Assembly (NCBI GenBank): GCA_034004115.1
Contig: JAVEXG010000004.1
Coordinates: 4,593 to 68,592, forward strand
DNA: 64,000 nucleotides
Source of the DNA: Bacteroidales bacterium
GTDB lineage: Bacteria > Bacteroidota > Bacteroidia > Bacteroidales > VadinHA17
Direction of reading: 5' to 3'
Within the stretch, counting starts at the first letter, position 1; each line of letters starts with the position of its first letter. A program made the translations under genes and the position numbers. Below are positions 54,021 to 61,760 of the stretch, piece by piece. The notes beneath the pieces were generated by a model that saw only the letters and a program-made list of their open reading frames with translations, was not told the origin of the DNA and did not search any database.

Positions 54021-55148
54021 ATGTTTGAAAGGACAATAATAGAACATAAGGATCTTGAGGTAAGAGTCTCGGACTACGCTACAGAAGGAATGATCGAAAT
54101 CCTTAACCGGGCGGTCCAGGGTTCCGAAGGGGGATTGAGATTCCAGCTCCGGAACATCCCATCGCGCATCGCTGCATACGGCGATCAGATTCGATTTGTA
54201 TCGCTTTACAGGAAGAACAAGGTAACAGGAACTGTGGGATCATGTTACAGGATAACCGGCCAGGGCAGGCTCAGGTATCCCTCATCCTACCTGAGATACC
54301 TTGCATTTGATTCGGTTTACCAGTCGGATATCTCCTACAACAAAAAGAAGGAAATCATCAAGAGCGAGAAGGATGATTCATTCAAGAAGAAGACCCTCGA
54401 CATCTTCAGCAAGCCTCATCTGCTCGATTTCAACCAGATAGACGAAGACGACAAGCATATAATGTATGCCTTTGTTGAAAGCATGAATGAAAGGTCAAAA
54501 AACCTAATCCATCAGGTGGGTTATGAATATATAAGGTCTTTCCTGACCGTAGCATTCAGCAGGTTCAACCCCTTGCCCGATCCCCGGGTTAGCAGGATTA
54601 CAACGCCGGAGGAGAAGGAGAAGATGAAGGAACTGCTCATTGACTATTATCGCGATTATTCATTGTTCAGTACCGATCATGTCTTTCACGGTGACAAATA
54701 CTACGTTCTGAGGGAAGGCGGCGAGATAGTGGCGGGGGTAAGCGCCATACCTTCGATGTATAAGGTTTATGATATGCCGGGTGTGTGGGGATGGATCTAT
54801 ATGAAGGTTCTTCCAAGGGCCCCCTACCTTAAAAGATTGTTCCATCCGGAGGAGTTCAGGCATCTTGTGTTCCATGCGATTTACTGTAAAAGAGGAAGGG
54901 AAGAGCTTCTGGGCAGCCTGTTTGAATCAGTTTGCGCGGCTGAGGGGTTCTATACCGGACTTACCTGGCTCGACGACCGCAGCGACCTTTATGAAAAGCT
55001 TCGCACCGGAGTGAAAATGGGAGCGCTGAACAGAATGCTGAATGCAAAACCCGGACTTGTATATACACGTTTCCTGAATTTCACTGAAGAGGAAAAGGAT
55101 TTCTTCTACGATGCGCCGGCATACATCTCGGGATTCGACTTCTCATAG
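54021..55148 (+). CDS. Hypothetical cytoplasmic protein (possible acyltransferase-like fold)
   Basis: 375-aa ORF with normal composition, no signal or TM, and no antisense competitor. No family motif recognised. Confidence 0.65.
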   Translation: MFERTIIEHKDLEVRVSDYATEGMIEILNRAVQGSEGGLRFQLRNIPSRIAAYGDQIRFVSLYRKNKVTGTVGSCYRITGQGRLRYPSSYLRYLAFDSVYQSDISYNKKKEIIKSEKDDSFKKKTLDIFSKPHLLDFNQIDEDDKHIMYAFVESMNERSKNLIHQVGYEYIRSFLTVAFSRFNPLPDPRVSRITTPEEKEKMKELLIDYYRDYSLFSTDHVFHGDKYYVLREGGEIVAGVSAIPSMYKVYDMPGVWGWIYMKVLPRAPYLKRLFHPEEFRHLVFHAIYCKRGREELLGSLFESVCAAEGFYTGLTWLDDRSDLYEKLRTGVKMGALNRMLNAKPGLVYTRFLNFTEEEKDFFYDAPAYISGFDFS

Positions 55149-55228
55149 CAGGTTAAGGGAAGTATTTCTCGGGGATTGGCTTGCGATAGCGGAAAATAAA
55201 AATATAATATTATTTTTGCGGTGAAAAC

Positions 55229-55303
55229 GGGTTGTTAGCTCAGTTGGTTTAGAGCATTACCTTGACAGGGTAGGGGTCACTGGTTCGAATCCAGTACAAC
55301 CCA
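55229..55303 (+). tRNA. tRNA-Val (anticodon GAC)
   Basis: Manual cloverleaf: acceptor gggttgt/acaaccc, D arm gctc-agttggttta-gagc, anticodon arm ttacc-ttGACag-ggtag, variable loop gggtc, T arm actgg-ttcgaat-ccagt, discriminator A. CCA is not encoded. Confidence 0.93.
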
Positions 55304-55316
55304 CATAAAAGAGGCT

Positions 55317-55352
55317 GGCGGTACGCAGTACGCGGTACGCCGCTTTTTTTTT
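55317..55352 (+). terminator. Putative terminator after tRNA-Val
   Basis: A GC-rich imperfect hairpin (ggcggtacgc...gcggtacgccgc) is followed by a run of nine T. Confidence 0.4.
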
Positions 55353-55671
55353 GTCACACCTTTTCCTCCTTTAATCCAAGCCTTCACCCCCGTCATCAAA
55401 TCCAGCCCTTTTTATTTGGAGCGGCACCCTCTTAATAATAACTTGGTGCTATAAAGAGCAGGAAAAATGGACGAAGAAAGTGTAAAATGCATCTATCCCT
55501 ACTGGGAACTGGAAACAGGAAAAGTCATTGAAAATGCCTCAATACTGTTTGAATTCTTTGAAAACTGACGGGAAGGATTTTGATATCCCTGTGATCTCCT
55601 CCTTAACGAGGGTGCCGGGATTCATTCCTCATATATCATCTTCGGGTCTTCGCCCCTTCGATGATTATAGT

Positions 55672-56235
55672 TTAAATTGAATTATACCCTTTGAACACCC
55701 TTGTGTTTCCCGAGACCTCCAGATGTCCCTCCCAGGTGAGCCTGTCGCTTCCTATACCCGATATTGTTGCCCTTGAAGAGCCATCAGGCCTGATAGTCAT
55801 TACAACATCGTAGTGCCCTATGTTCGTGGAAAGACTGAACTGCAGGGTGTATAGCAGCCTTTTGGCATCCGGGCGGATCTGCCATTTTCCAATCGTGCCT
55901 TCTGCCGTCACACCACCCACTCCGTTGAGGCCAAGACCTGTATTGCTGCCGGTCTGCAAAACTCCGTTCTCCCCGTCTATCTTGATGAAGTTCAGCAGGG
56001 GTGTTACCATTATCCTGTCGCCGTACCTGTTCTGCAGGTATTCAGCCTTAAGCACGAAATCCTTTTGTTTGAGAATGGTGTCGAGAACCCTGAAATTCGC
56101 TTCCATCCGGGCCTCTCTTATCTTTTTCATCTCCTGCCTTGTGATCCTGCTGTCCTGGGCAAGTGCATTTGCGGGTATTAACTGAAGACCGGCGGCCAGG
56201 AGAAATATAACGGATATGTATTTTATAGTTTTCAT
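55672..56235 (-). CDS. DUF4251-like secreted protein
   Basis: 187 aa. Signal peptide, then KQKDFVLKAEYLQNRYGDRIMVTPLLNFIKIDG, a pattern I associate with DUF4251 of Bacteroidota. Confidence 0.72.
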   Translation of the reverse strand: MKTIKYISVIFLLAAGLQLIPANALAQDSRITRQEMKKIREARMEANFRVLDTILKQKDFVLKAEYLQNRYGDRIMVTPLLNFIKIDGENGVLQTGSNTGLGLNGVGGVTAEGTIGKWQIRPDAKRLLYTLQFSLSTNIGHYDVVMTIRPDGSSRATISGIGSDRLTWEGHLEVSGNTRVFKGYNSI

Positions 56236-56316
56236 TTCCAGTCGTTATTGGTCAGTCAATATAATACAAAATATGTACCATTTCGGCTTCTGCCGGAGAT
56301 GAAGGGAGTATAATAA

Positions 56317-56405
56317 AAAAACATATCGTTTCAGGTAAAAAACTTGTCGATATTCATAGCGAAACTTATCGATATTCGATAAATATTTGTTGTGATTTTT
56401 ATCAT
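56317..56405. repeat. Conserved ~85-bp intergenic element, copy 2 (paired with 20965-21050)
   Basis: Same 33-nt core as copy 1. Perfect palindrome ttatcga-tat-tcgataa at 56366-56382. The minus strand carries a 24-codon mini-ORF (56405..56331, MIKITTNIYRISISFAMNIDKFFT). Confidence 0.7.
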
Positions 56406-56449
56406 ACGGGAGGGCGACGGATGGTTGCCCGCCATAGCGATGGGGAGCG

Positions 56450-58561
56450 TCAGCCGTTCACTATCAGCTTCTGGGAGAAGAGGGTAAGATCTCCCGATCC
56501 AAACTGGACGAGATAAATACCTACTCTGAAATTGACCGGGATCTGCAGATCCTTCAGGCCCGGATCCATCTTTGCTTCATAGACAACTATTCCGGTCAGA
56601 CTGACAATTCTTATAAAATCGGGACTGAATGACTGATCTTCTATGCGTACATTGACTGATTCGCAGGCCGGGTTGGGATAGAGCTTTACGGGCAGTTCTT
56701 CGTAGCCGGGGTAGCTGAGGTGCCTGTAGCCGAAGACCTTGAATTCAGATATGTAATTCCAGCTGTCGGATGAATTGGAGTGGCCTACAAGCTTGATGTA
56801 CCTGAAGCCGACCTGCGACTTTGATTCGGGGAAGTTGAATACATGAAGATCGCCGGAAAATCCGCAAGAAGCTGTTTTGGTTAGTACCGGCTCCCAGTTT
56901 TCCTTGTCCTCCGATCCCATAACATCAAACCAGGCCTCAGCCTTCTGTCCGGGCTTGAAGGCGATCCTGACATGCTGGATGCTGAATGGTTCCTTGAGTT
57001 CCATTATCACCCACTGGTCATCTCCGTTGGCCGACCACATGGTCCCGATGTTTCCGTCGACGATGTTGTAGGGATAATTGGGCGCCTGAAAACTGCTGGC
57101 TTCAATTTTGACGACCTGCGCATACTGAAGCTCGGGTTTGTAGGGGGATATTTTCACAGGGATTGTCTTCGTCTGTGTGGTCTTTCCGTCACTTACCCTG
57201 AGGGTGAATTCAACTGTCTGTGCTGTGTTCACCACAGGGCTCAGATACCTTATCTTCGCTCCTGTTGAGGATGAAACGGACAGGTTCGCTGGAGCCACCC
57301 ATGTATAGGTCAGCTTGTCCTTGTTTACGTCGTAGCTTGCAGCTGCATCGATTTCACCGACGAATCCCGACAGGTTTTCGGAGGAATAATTTACAACGAT
57401 TACCGGAGGATTATTGACCGGAGTCGGAGCAGGAGTCGGAGCAGGAGTAGGAGTAGGAGTAGGAGTAGGAGTCGGGGTTGGAGCCGGGGTTACTGGTGGC
57501 GGAGTTACAACCGGAGGGGGAGTCACCACTGGTGGCGGCGGCTCTGCCGGAGGGGGAGTTACAACAGGGGGCGGAGCGGCTGGATAGATTATTGCTCCGA
57601 CCTGCCATTTCCCGTTCTGGCTTGTGGTTGCCGGAGCCTTTCCGGCACTCCAGGCAGCTGTTGTATTCAGACCGGTCGACCATGTCGATCCCAGATCAGC
57701 TCCGTAATCGAGCCTGGCTGACGGTACAAAAGTAGTCGTGCTCTTGAAATTCGGATTAACAACGACCGAATGCTGGTCGTATCCCATTGCCTGCCACTGG
57801 GCAAATGTCTTCCTGGATCCGTCTACAGAGAAAATGGGTGTTCCCGATTCACAGTAGAAAATGTTGTAATCACTTTCAAAATTTACCAGGCATCTGCTTT
57901 CAATTGTGATGTTGGGTATCTGGTGAACTGTGTAGAAGATGTTGTTTTTGATCTTTGCGCCTGTCGAGGCAGCAGGTACCGCCCTGTCGTTGTTTGCATC
58001 GATATAGATCAGCGTGCCGGACTGCAGATTCGAGTAAAATGTATTGTTGTACACCTGCACCCCGTTTATTCCCTTCATCCTCACCGCCATCCTCGAGTTC
58101 TTCACAATGTTGTATGAAGCACCGTAGCCCGATGAGTATGTCATGTTTGTTCCGGCATCCGACCCCGATTTGAACAGTATCCCGTAGGGTGTCTTGTCGA
58201 GGTAATTGTACTTCACGGTAAAGTTGATGTTGAATCCCATGAACATTCCGTGAGTGTTCGATGATGCATCGGTGCCGTTCCATGTCAGCTTGTTGCCGGT
58301 GATGATGGCTCCGTCGAGATTATTGTTGGTACTCATCGGCACTTCATCGCCCGACTGCAGGAGATATCCTGAGGCATTCACCGAAGTAATGGAGTTGTTC
58401 CTGAAAATGAGAGATGTTTTTACTGCTCTCGGGATGTTGACCCCCGCCCAGTTTCCCGTGACGGTGTTGTTTACCGTCATACCCTCATTGAGAACTGAAA
58501 CCTGCGATTGCAGAAGAAATGGTACGACCGTAAGAGATATAATTAGTATAAGTCTTTTCAT
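56450..58561 (-). CDS. T9SS-secreted multidomain protein: right-handed beta-helix + Pro/Thr linker + Ig/PKD-like + F5/8 type C (discoidin) + Por C-terminal sorting domain
   Basis: 703 aa. Signal peptide. N-terminal repetitive N/G/T-rich beta-helix turns. Linker PPPVVTPPPAEPPPPVVTPPPVVTPPPVTPAPTPTPTPTPTPTPAPTPAPTP. Discoidin-like NIVDGNIGTMWSANGDDQWVIMEL. C-terminal KLYPNPA...GIYLVQF...KLIV, as in T9SS CTDs. Confidence 0.85.
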   Translation of the reverse strand: MKRLILIISLTVVPFLLQSQVSVLNEGMTVNNTVTGNWAGVNIPRAVKTSLIFRNNSITSVNASGYLLQSGDEVPMSTNNNLDGAIITGNKLTWNGTDASSNTHGMFMGFNINFTVKYNYLDKTPYGILFKSGSDAGTNMTYSSGYGASYNIVKNSRMAVRMKGINGVQVYNNTFYSNLQSGTLIYIDANNDRAVPAASTGAKIKNNIFYTVHQIPNITIESRCLVNFESDYNIFYCESGTPIFSVDGSRKTFAQWQAMGYDQHSVVVNPNFKSTTTFVPSARLDYGADLGSTWSTGLNTTAAWSAGKAPATTSQNGKWQVGAIIYPAAPPPVVTPPPAEPPPPVVTPPPVVTPPPVTPAPTPTPTPTPTPTPAPTPAPTPVNNPPVIVVNYSSENLSGFVGEIDAAASYDVNKDKLTYTWVAPANLSVSSSTGAKIRYLSPVVNTAQTVEFTLRVSDGKTTQTKTIPVKISPYKPELQYAQVVKIEASSFQAPNYPYNIVDGNIGTMWSANGDDQWVIMELKEPFSIQHVRIAFKPGQKAEAWFDVMGSEDKENWEPVLTKTASCGFSGDLHVFNFPESKSQVGFRYIKLVGHSNSSDSWNYISEFKVFGYRHLSYPGYEELPVKLYPNPACESVNVRIEDQSFSPDFIRIVSLTGIVVYEAKMDPGLKDLQIPVNFRVGIYLVQFGSGDLTLFSQKLIVNG

Positions 58562-58793
58562 TCAAACAGGTTATGTTTCATAATTGACACTGACATCTTG
58601 ATAACGGTAAAATTGCCGATTTGTTATGTGGATCCGGCCAATGTCAGCTTCCCCGTTAAAACAGGGAGCAAAAGTAATCATAATCAGGTAACCAGGAATG
58701 AGATATGATTTATATTATGAAAAATGACTATCGGGAGTTATCAGGTGGCACAAATAAAGGTGGAAACGGGAAGGAGCCCGAAATGAGAGGGAT

Positions 58794-60224
58794 TTATTCC
58801 CCGAACAACGTCCACTCCCTTGAAGGCATATTCTTCAGGAACTCTTTCTGGTAACTGAATTCAGGGTGTTCGGAAAGAAATTTTTCTGCATCAAAAGGTG
58901 TTCCGCAGGGATGGCCCATGATTGCCCATAACTGCATTTTGGAAGCCAGTTTGGTGTCGGTTGCCTTTGCCTGCACCGCACCGGCAGGGGTGAAGGGACC
59001 CCATCCCATGTCGGGAGCCCCAACCTCATCCTTGTCGATATGTCCGCACACTGTAAGCCCTGTTTGCTTTTCTTCCTTCCTCCAGGTATCGTAATGATCG
59101 CTCATGAAGCTCATTGCCAGGCCGACATCTATCTTGCCCCGGTTTTGGCTCATAAGCTGCCTCCATCTCAGTTTCCTGGCATTTGGTGAGGTGCTCATCA
59201 CGGTCGAGTCATAAGTGGTTTCTTCCCTGATCAGCTTATTGTGAACCGGGTAGTTGGCCCCGGTAAAATAACCGTCTTTTGTCCTTTCAAGGAACTGGTT
59301 CTCCAGTCCGAACTCGAATCTTGCTATTTCGCCCGTCCGGATGTCGCCCAGGAGCCAGTCGTTTGCATAGCCCCCGTTATTGTTCTCCTTCATCACCGCA
59401 ACCCACTCCTCAATAGACGAGGCGAACTGGATTGCCTCCCGTGCCCTGACAAACTCCGCAACGCCGGTCGGATCGAATCCCCGGTACTGGGTGATTGTTG
59501 TTTCGGTGACTATAAGTCCCGCGCTGTTTATTCCGAAATCGTCGCCGCTGTGGATGAAGCCCGGAAGGGCATCCATTATGATTCTGTGACCTATCTCCGG
59601 CACTATGCTGAGAATGATGTTCCAGCGCTGTCCGATTACATATTCAACCCATGCATTGTGGGCCATCACAATCTGTCCGTCTGTTGTCCACGATCCTGTC
59701 GCGGCAATGGCGCTGCAGTGCCCCGGGGGTATCGGATCGGGAGCATCGGGGTTGCCTCTCGATTCGAGCCAGGGGATGTAATACCACGATATCTCAAGTA
59801 TTGAGTTCATGGCAATGACATCTTTCCTGTCGATTGTGCCTTCTCCCTTCTTTTTGTTGACTCCCTTTACAATGCCGTCAATCTCCTTCTGATACTCCTC
59901 AGGAATATTGTCCCAGAACATCATCTCCGATTCATCCCTGAAGAAAGCCCAGTCTTTCCCGGTTGTCCTCGCATTCAGCATCGACATGGCACCCCTGAGG
60001 TCCACTATCTCATCCGCAAGCAAATATCCGTGCTGATATCCTATTGCCCCGGAATTTCCTTCAAGCTTAACGTTGATCCATCCGTTCCTTTCCGTCCGGG
60101 AACTGTTTTTCATCAGTTCCTCATGACCGGGTTCGCCGGCATTGCCGGAGGCTTTCCGGTTCTGGCATCCTGCCGTTACAATCAACGACACAAGCAGAAT
60201 AATATATAAAAAGGGTTTTTTCAT
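58794..60224 (-). CDS. Ntn-hydrolase lipoprotein, phospholipase B-like (PLBD/LAMA) or peptidase C45-like
   Basis: 476 aa. Lipobox VTAGC. GHCSAIAATG (candidate autoprocessing Cys), VMAHNAW, LPGFIHSGDDFGINSAGLIVTETT and GGYANDWLLGD resemble the PLBD motif series HCSAL / AHNTW / SYPG..S.DDFY / ETT / YNNQWM as I remember it. Confidence 0.7.
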   Translation of the reverse strand: MKKPFLYIILLVSLIVTAGCQNRKASGNAGEPGHEELMKNSSRTERNGWINVKLEGNSGAIGYQHGYLLADEIVDLRGAMSMLNARTTGKDWAFFRDESEMMFWDNIPEEYQKEIDGIVKGVNKKKGEGTIDRKDVIAMNSILEISWYYIPWLESRGNPDAPDPIPPGHCSAIAATGSWTTDGQIVMAHNAWVEYVIGQRWNIILSIVPEIGHRIIMDALPGFIHSGDDFGINSAGLIVTETTITQYRGFDPTGVAEFVRAREAIQFASSIEEWVAVMKENNNGGYANDWLLGDIRTGEIARFEFGLENQFLERTKDGYFTGANYPVHNKLIREETTYDSTVMSTSPNARKLRWRQLMSQNRGKIDVGLAMSFMSDHYDTWRKEEKQTGLTVCGHIDKDEVGAPDMGWGPFTPAGAVQAKATDTKLASKMQLWAIMGHPCGTPFDAEKFLSEHPEFSYQKEFLKNMPSREWTLFGE

Positions 60225-60316
60225 AGAGATAATTATGCAAGTTAGGAAAATAAATTAATCAACGCCTATCCGTTTCTGCCGGCTTTGCCCTCTGAAGCTT
60301 TAGCGTAAGAGGTTTG

Positions 60317-60405
60317 CTGGTTACTGGTTACTGGTTGGTTTAACCACGGAGTCACACGGAGTTAAAGCACGGAGTAACACGGAGTTACAAACGAAATCAC
60401 ACGGC
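60317..60405. repeat. Short tandem repeats: (ctggtta)x3 then four to five copies of cacggagt at 10-13-bp spacing
   Basis: ctggttactggttactggttgg (60317-60338). cacggagt occurs at 60345, 60355, 60368 and 60378, with a degenerate cacacggc at about 60398. Confidence 0.8.
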
Positions 60406-60444
60406 TTTTCCTTATACCTCATGCCTTCACGCCCATTCTCCTCA

Positions 60445-60523
60445 CCCCCTCTCCCTTTCTCCCTTTCTCCCCTTCTCCCCTTTCTCCCCTTCTCCCCTTC
60501 TCCCCTTCTCCCCTTCTTTTTTC
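60445..60523. repeat. 79-nt pure polypyrimidine tract made of about nine tandem CTCCCCTT units (G4/i-motif/H-DNA candidate)
   Basis: There is no purine on the + strand from 60445 to 60523. Six C4 runs sit at about 8-nt spacing (60469, 60477, 60486, 60494, 60502, 60510) plus C5 and C3 runs. It lies about 160 nt upstream of the BlaI-like gene. Confidence 0.9.
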
Positions 60524-60683
60524 ATATTTCTCCTGTCTGTCCTATTATATTAGTCATTTTTTTTTCCGGATTCTTGCGCAACTATTGTGATAGTTGTATA
60601 TTTGCATATAATGGTACTTCGGAGAAAGCCTCCGGGAATGTAACCGTTTAGACTAACTTATTGAAAACCAAACCCGATCCGAT

Positions 60684-61085
60684 ATGAGAAGAAAAGTTAA
60701 AAACCAGCCTCTTACAAGGGCAGAGGAAGAGATCATGCAGATACTCTGGGACATGAAGAGTGGCATTGTCAAGGATATCCGCACAAAATTCGATGAACCG
60801 CGTCCGGCGCGGAATACCGTCTCAACCGTTGTCAGGGTGCTTGAAAGAAAAGGCTATGTGGGACACAAAGCCTATGGGAACACTCATCTGTATCACCCGG
60901 TGGTAACCAAGGAGGAATATTCAAAAAGACAGCTGTTCAGACTTCTTGATGGTTATTTCGACAGTTCATTCCCCGCACTCGCTTCGTTCTTCGCCAGGGA
61001 AAAAGACCTGTCGATGAGTGAGCTTGAGGAACTGATCAAGGATTCAAAGAATGAACTCGGAAAAAAGAAAAAGAAGAAAGAATAG
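60684..61085 (+). CDS. BlaI/MecI/CopY-family transcriptional repressor
   Basis: 133 aa. LTRAEEEIMQILW and winged-helix VSTVVRVLERKGYVGHKAYGNTHLYHP. C-terminal dimerisation helices and a Lys-rich tail. Confidence 0.9.
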   Translation: MRRKVKNQPLTRAEEEIMQILWDMKSGIVKDIRTKFDEPRPARNTVSTVVRVLERKGYVGHKAYGNTHLYHPVVTKEEYSKRQLFRLLDGYFDSSFPALASFFAREKDLSMSELEELIKDSKNELGKKKKKKE

Positions 61086-61277
61086 TAATTCGATCCGTCT
61101 CTTTTTTGTTGGCGTCTTATCTGGCAGGGATTTTGCTATTTATAATAAAAGGCAAAAATTAATACTGGAAAACTGGTGAATGCATTTAGTAAAGAAATTA
61201 TCACAGGACTTCATGCAAGGGCGCATGCCCGCGCCAGTTAATTCAGCTGTTCACTTAACAGACTTAGATTCGCAACA

Positions 61278-61760
61278 ATGCTTAAATCAAATGTTTCTTT
61301 TTTCAGAAAACTGAAACTGCTCTTTGTCCTCCCGGGTCTTGTACTAGTCTTCAGTGCATTCCGGAGTCAGGAATACAATCAAATAAAAGCGTCCACTCCT
61401 GAAAGGGAGGTTGAGTCACTTGCTTCCGTCCTTCAGAAGCAGGCCGGCGGCATGGTGGTTGATGAGGAAGGCAATCCGCTTCAGGGCGTAAGGGTGCTTG
61501 CATCAAGGTCGACAATCTTTTCAACAACTGATGCAAAGGGGAGATTCTCAATCAGCAGGATCCCCGATGGTTCTTCCCTTATCTTTTCATGCCCGGGATA
61601 CAAGACCTATACAATGCTTCCGCTTATAGTTTCGAACACCGGGATCCGCGTAAGAATGGTTAAGGACCCTGAGTTTAAAAAGGTGCCAGAAAAGCTGCCC
61701 TTACCGAAGGCGGACACGGGGAATCAAGTCCCTTCACCGACCTCCAGATCACTTCGTTGA
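61278..61760 (+). pseudogene. Probable remnant of the BlaR1-like (M56) sensor: TM helix + CarboxypepD_reg-like domain only
   Basis: 160-aa ORF with an LLFVLPGLVLVFSAF helix and GMVVDEEGNPLQGVRVL...TDAKGRFSI..IPDGSSLIFSCPGYK, a carboxypeptidase-regulatory-like fold. There is no HExxH peptidase domain. The last 86 nt overlap the convergent gene. The 190-nt gap after blaI has only short broken frames. Confidence 0.45.

Noticed and set aside
55229-56450. Integrated mobile element or prophage at tRNA-Val.
   Set aside because: No integrase, excisionase or phage genes follow the tRNA, and I could not see a direct repeat of the tRNA 3' end by eye. It is kept only as a low-interest note.
26867-59804. 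Long antisense shadow ORFs inside strong genes: 26867..27460, 28874..29632, 29469..30059, 30867..31601, 34073..34831, 41626..42246, 46514..47077, 49416..50033, 52834..53400, 59241..59804, 16087..16539 and 62302..62793.
   Set aside because: Each is fully embedded opposite a gene with unmistakable family motifs (ABC ATPase, TolC, CysE, MtnA, ROK, IspD and others). They show skewed composition (Arg/Ser/Cys/Pro-rich) and contain no recognisable motif. These are typical frame shadows.
60421-60651. 76-aa ORF rich in PLLPFSPSP. Similar PQGG/PLGE-type ORFs occur at 32684..32902, 37139..37360 and 37213..37425.
   Set aside because: These are direct translations of the polypyrimidine tract and of the C5/G5 repeat modules. 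Their low complexity and repeat coincidence argue against coding.
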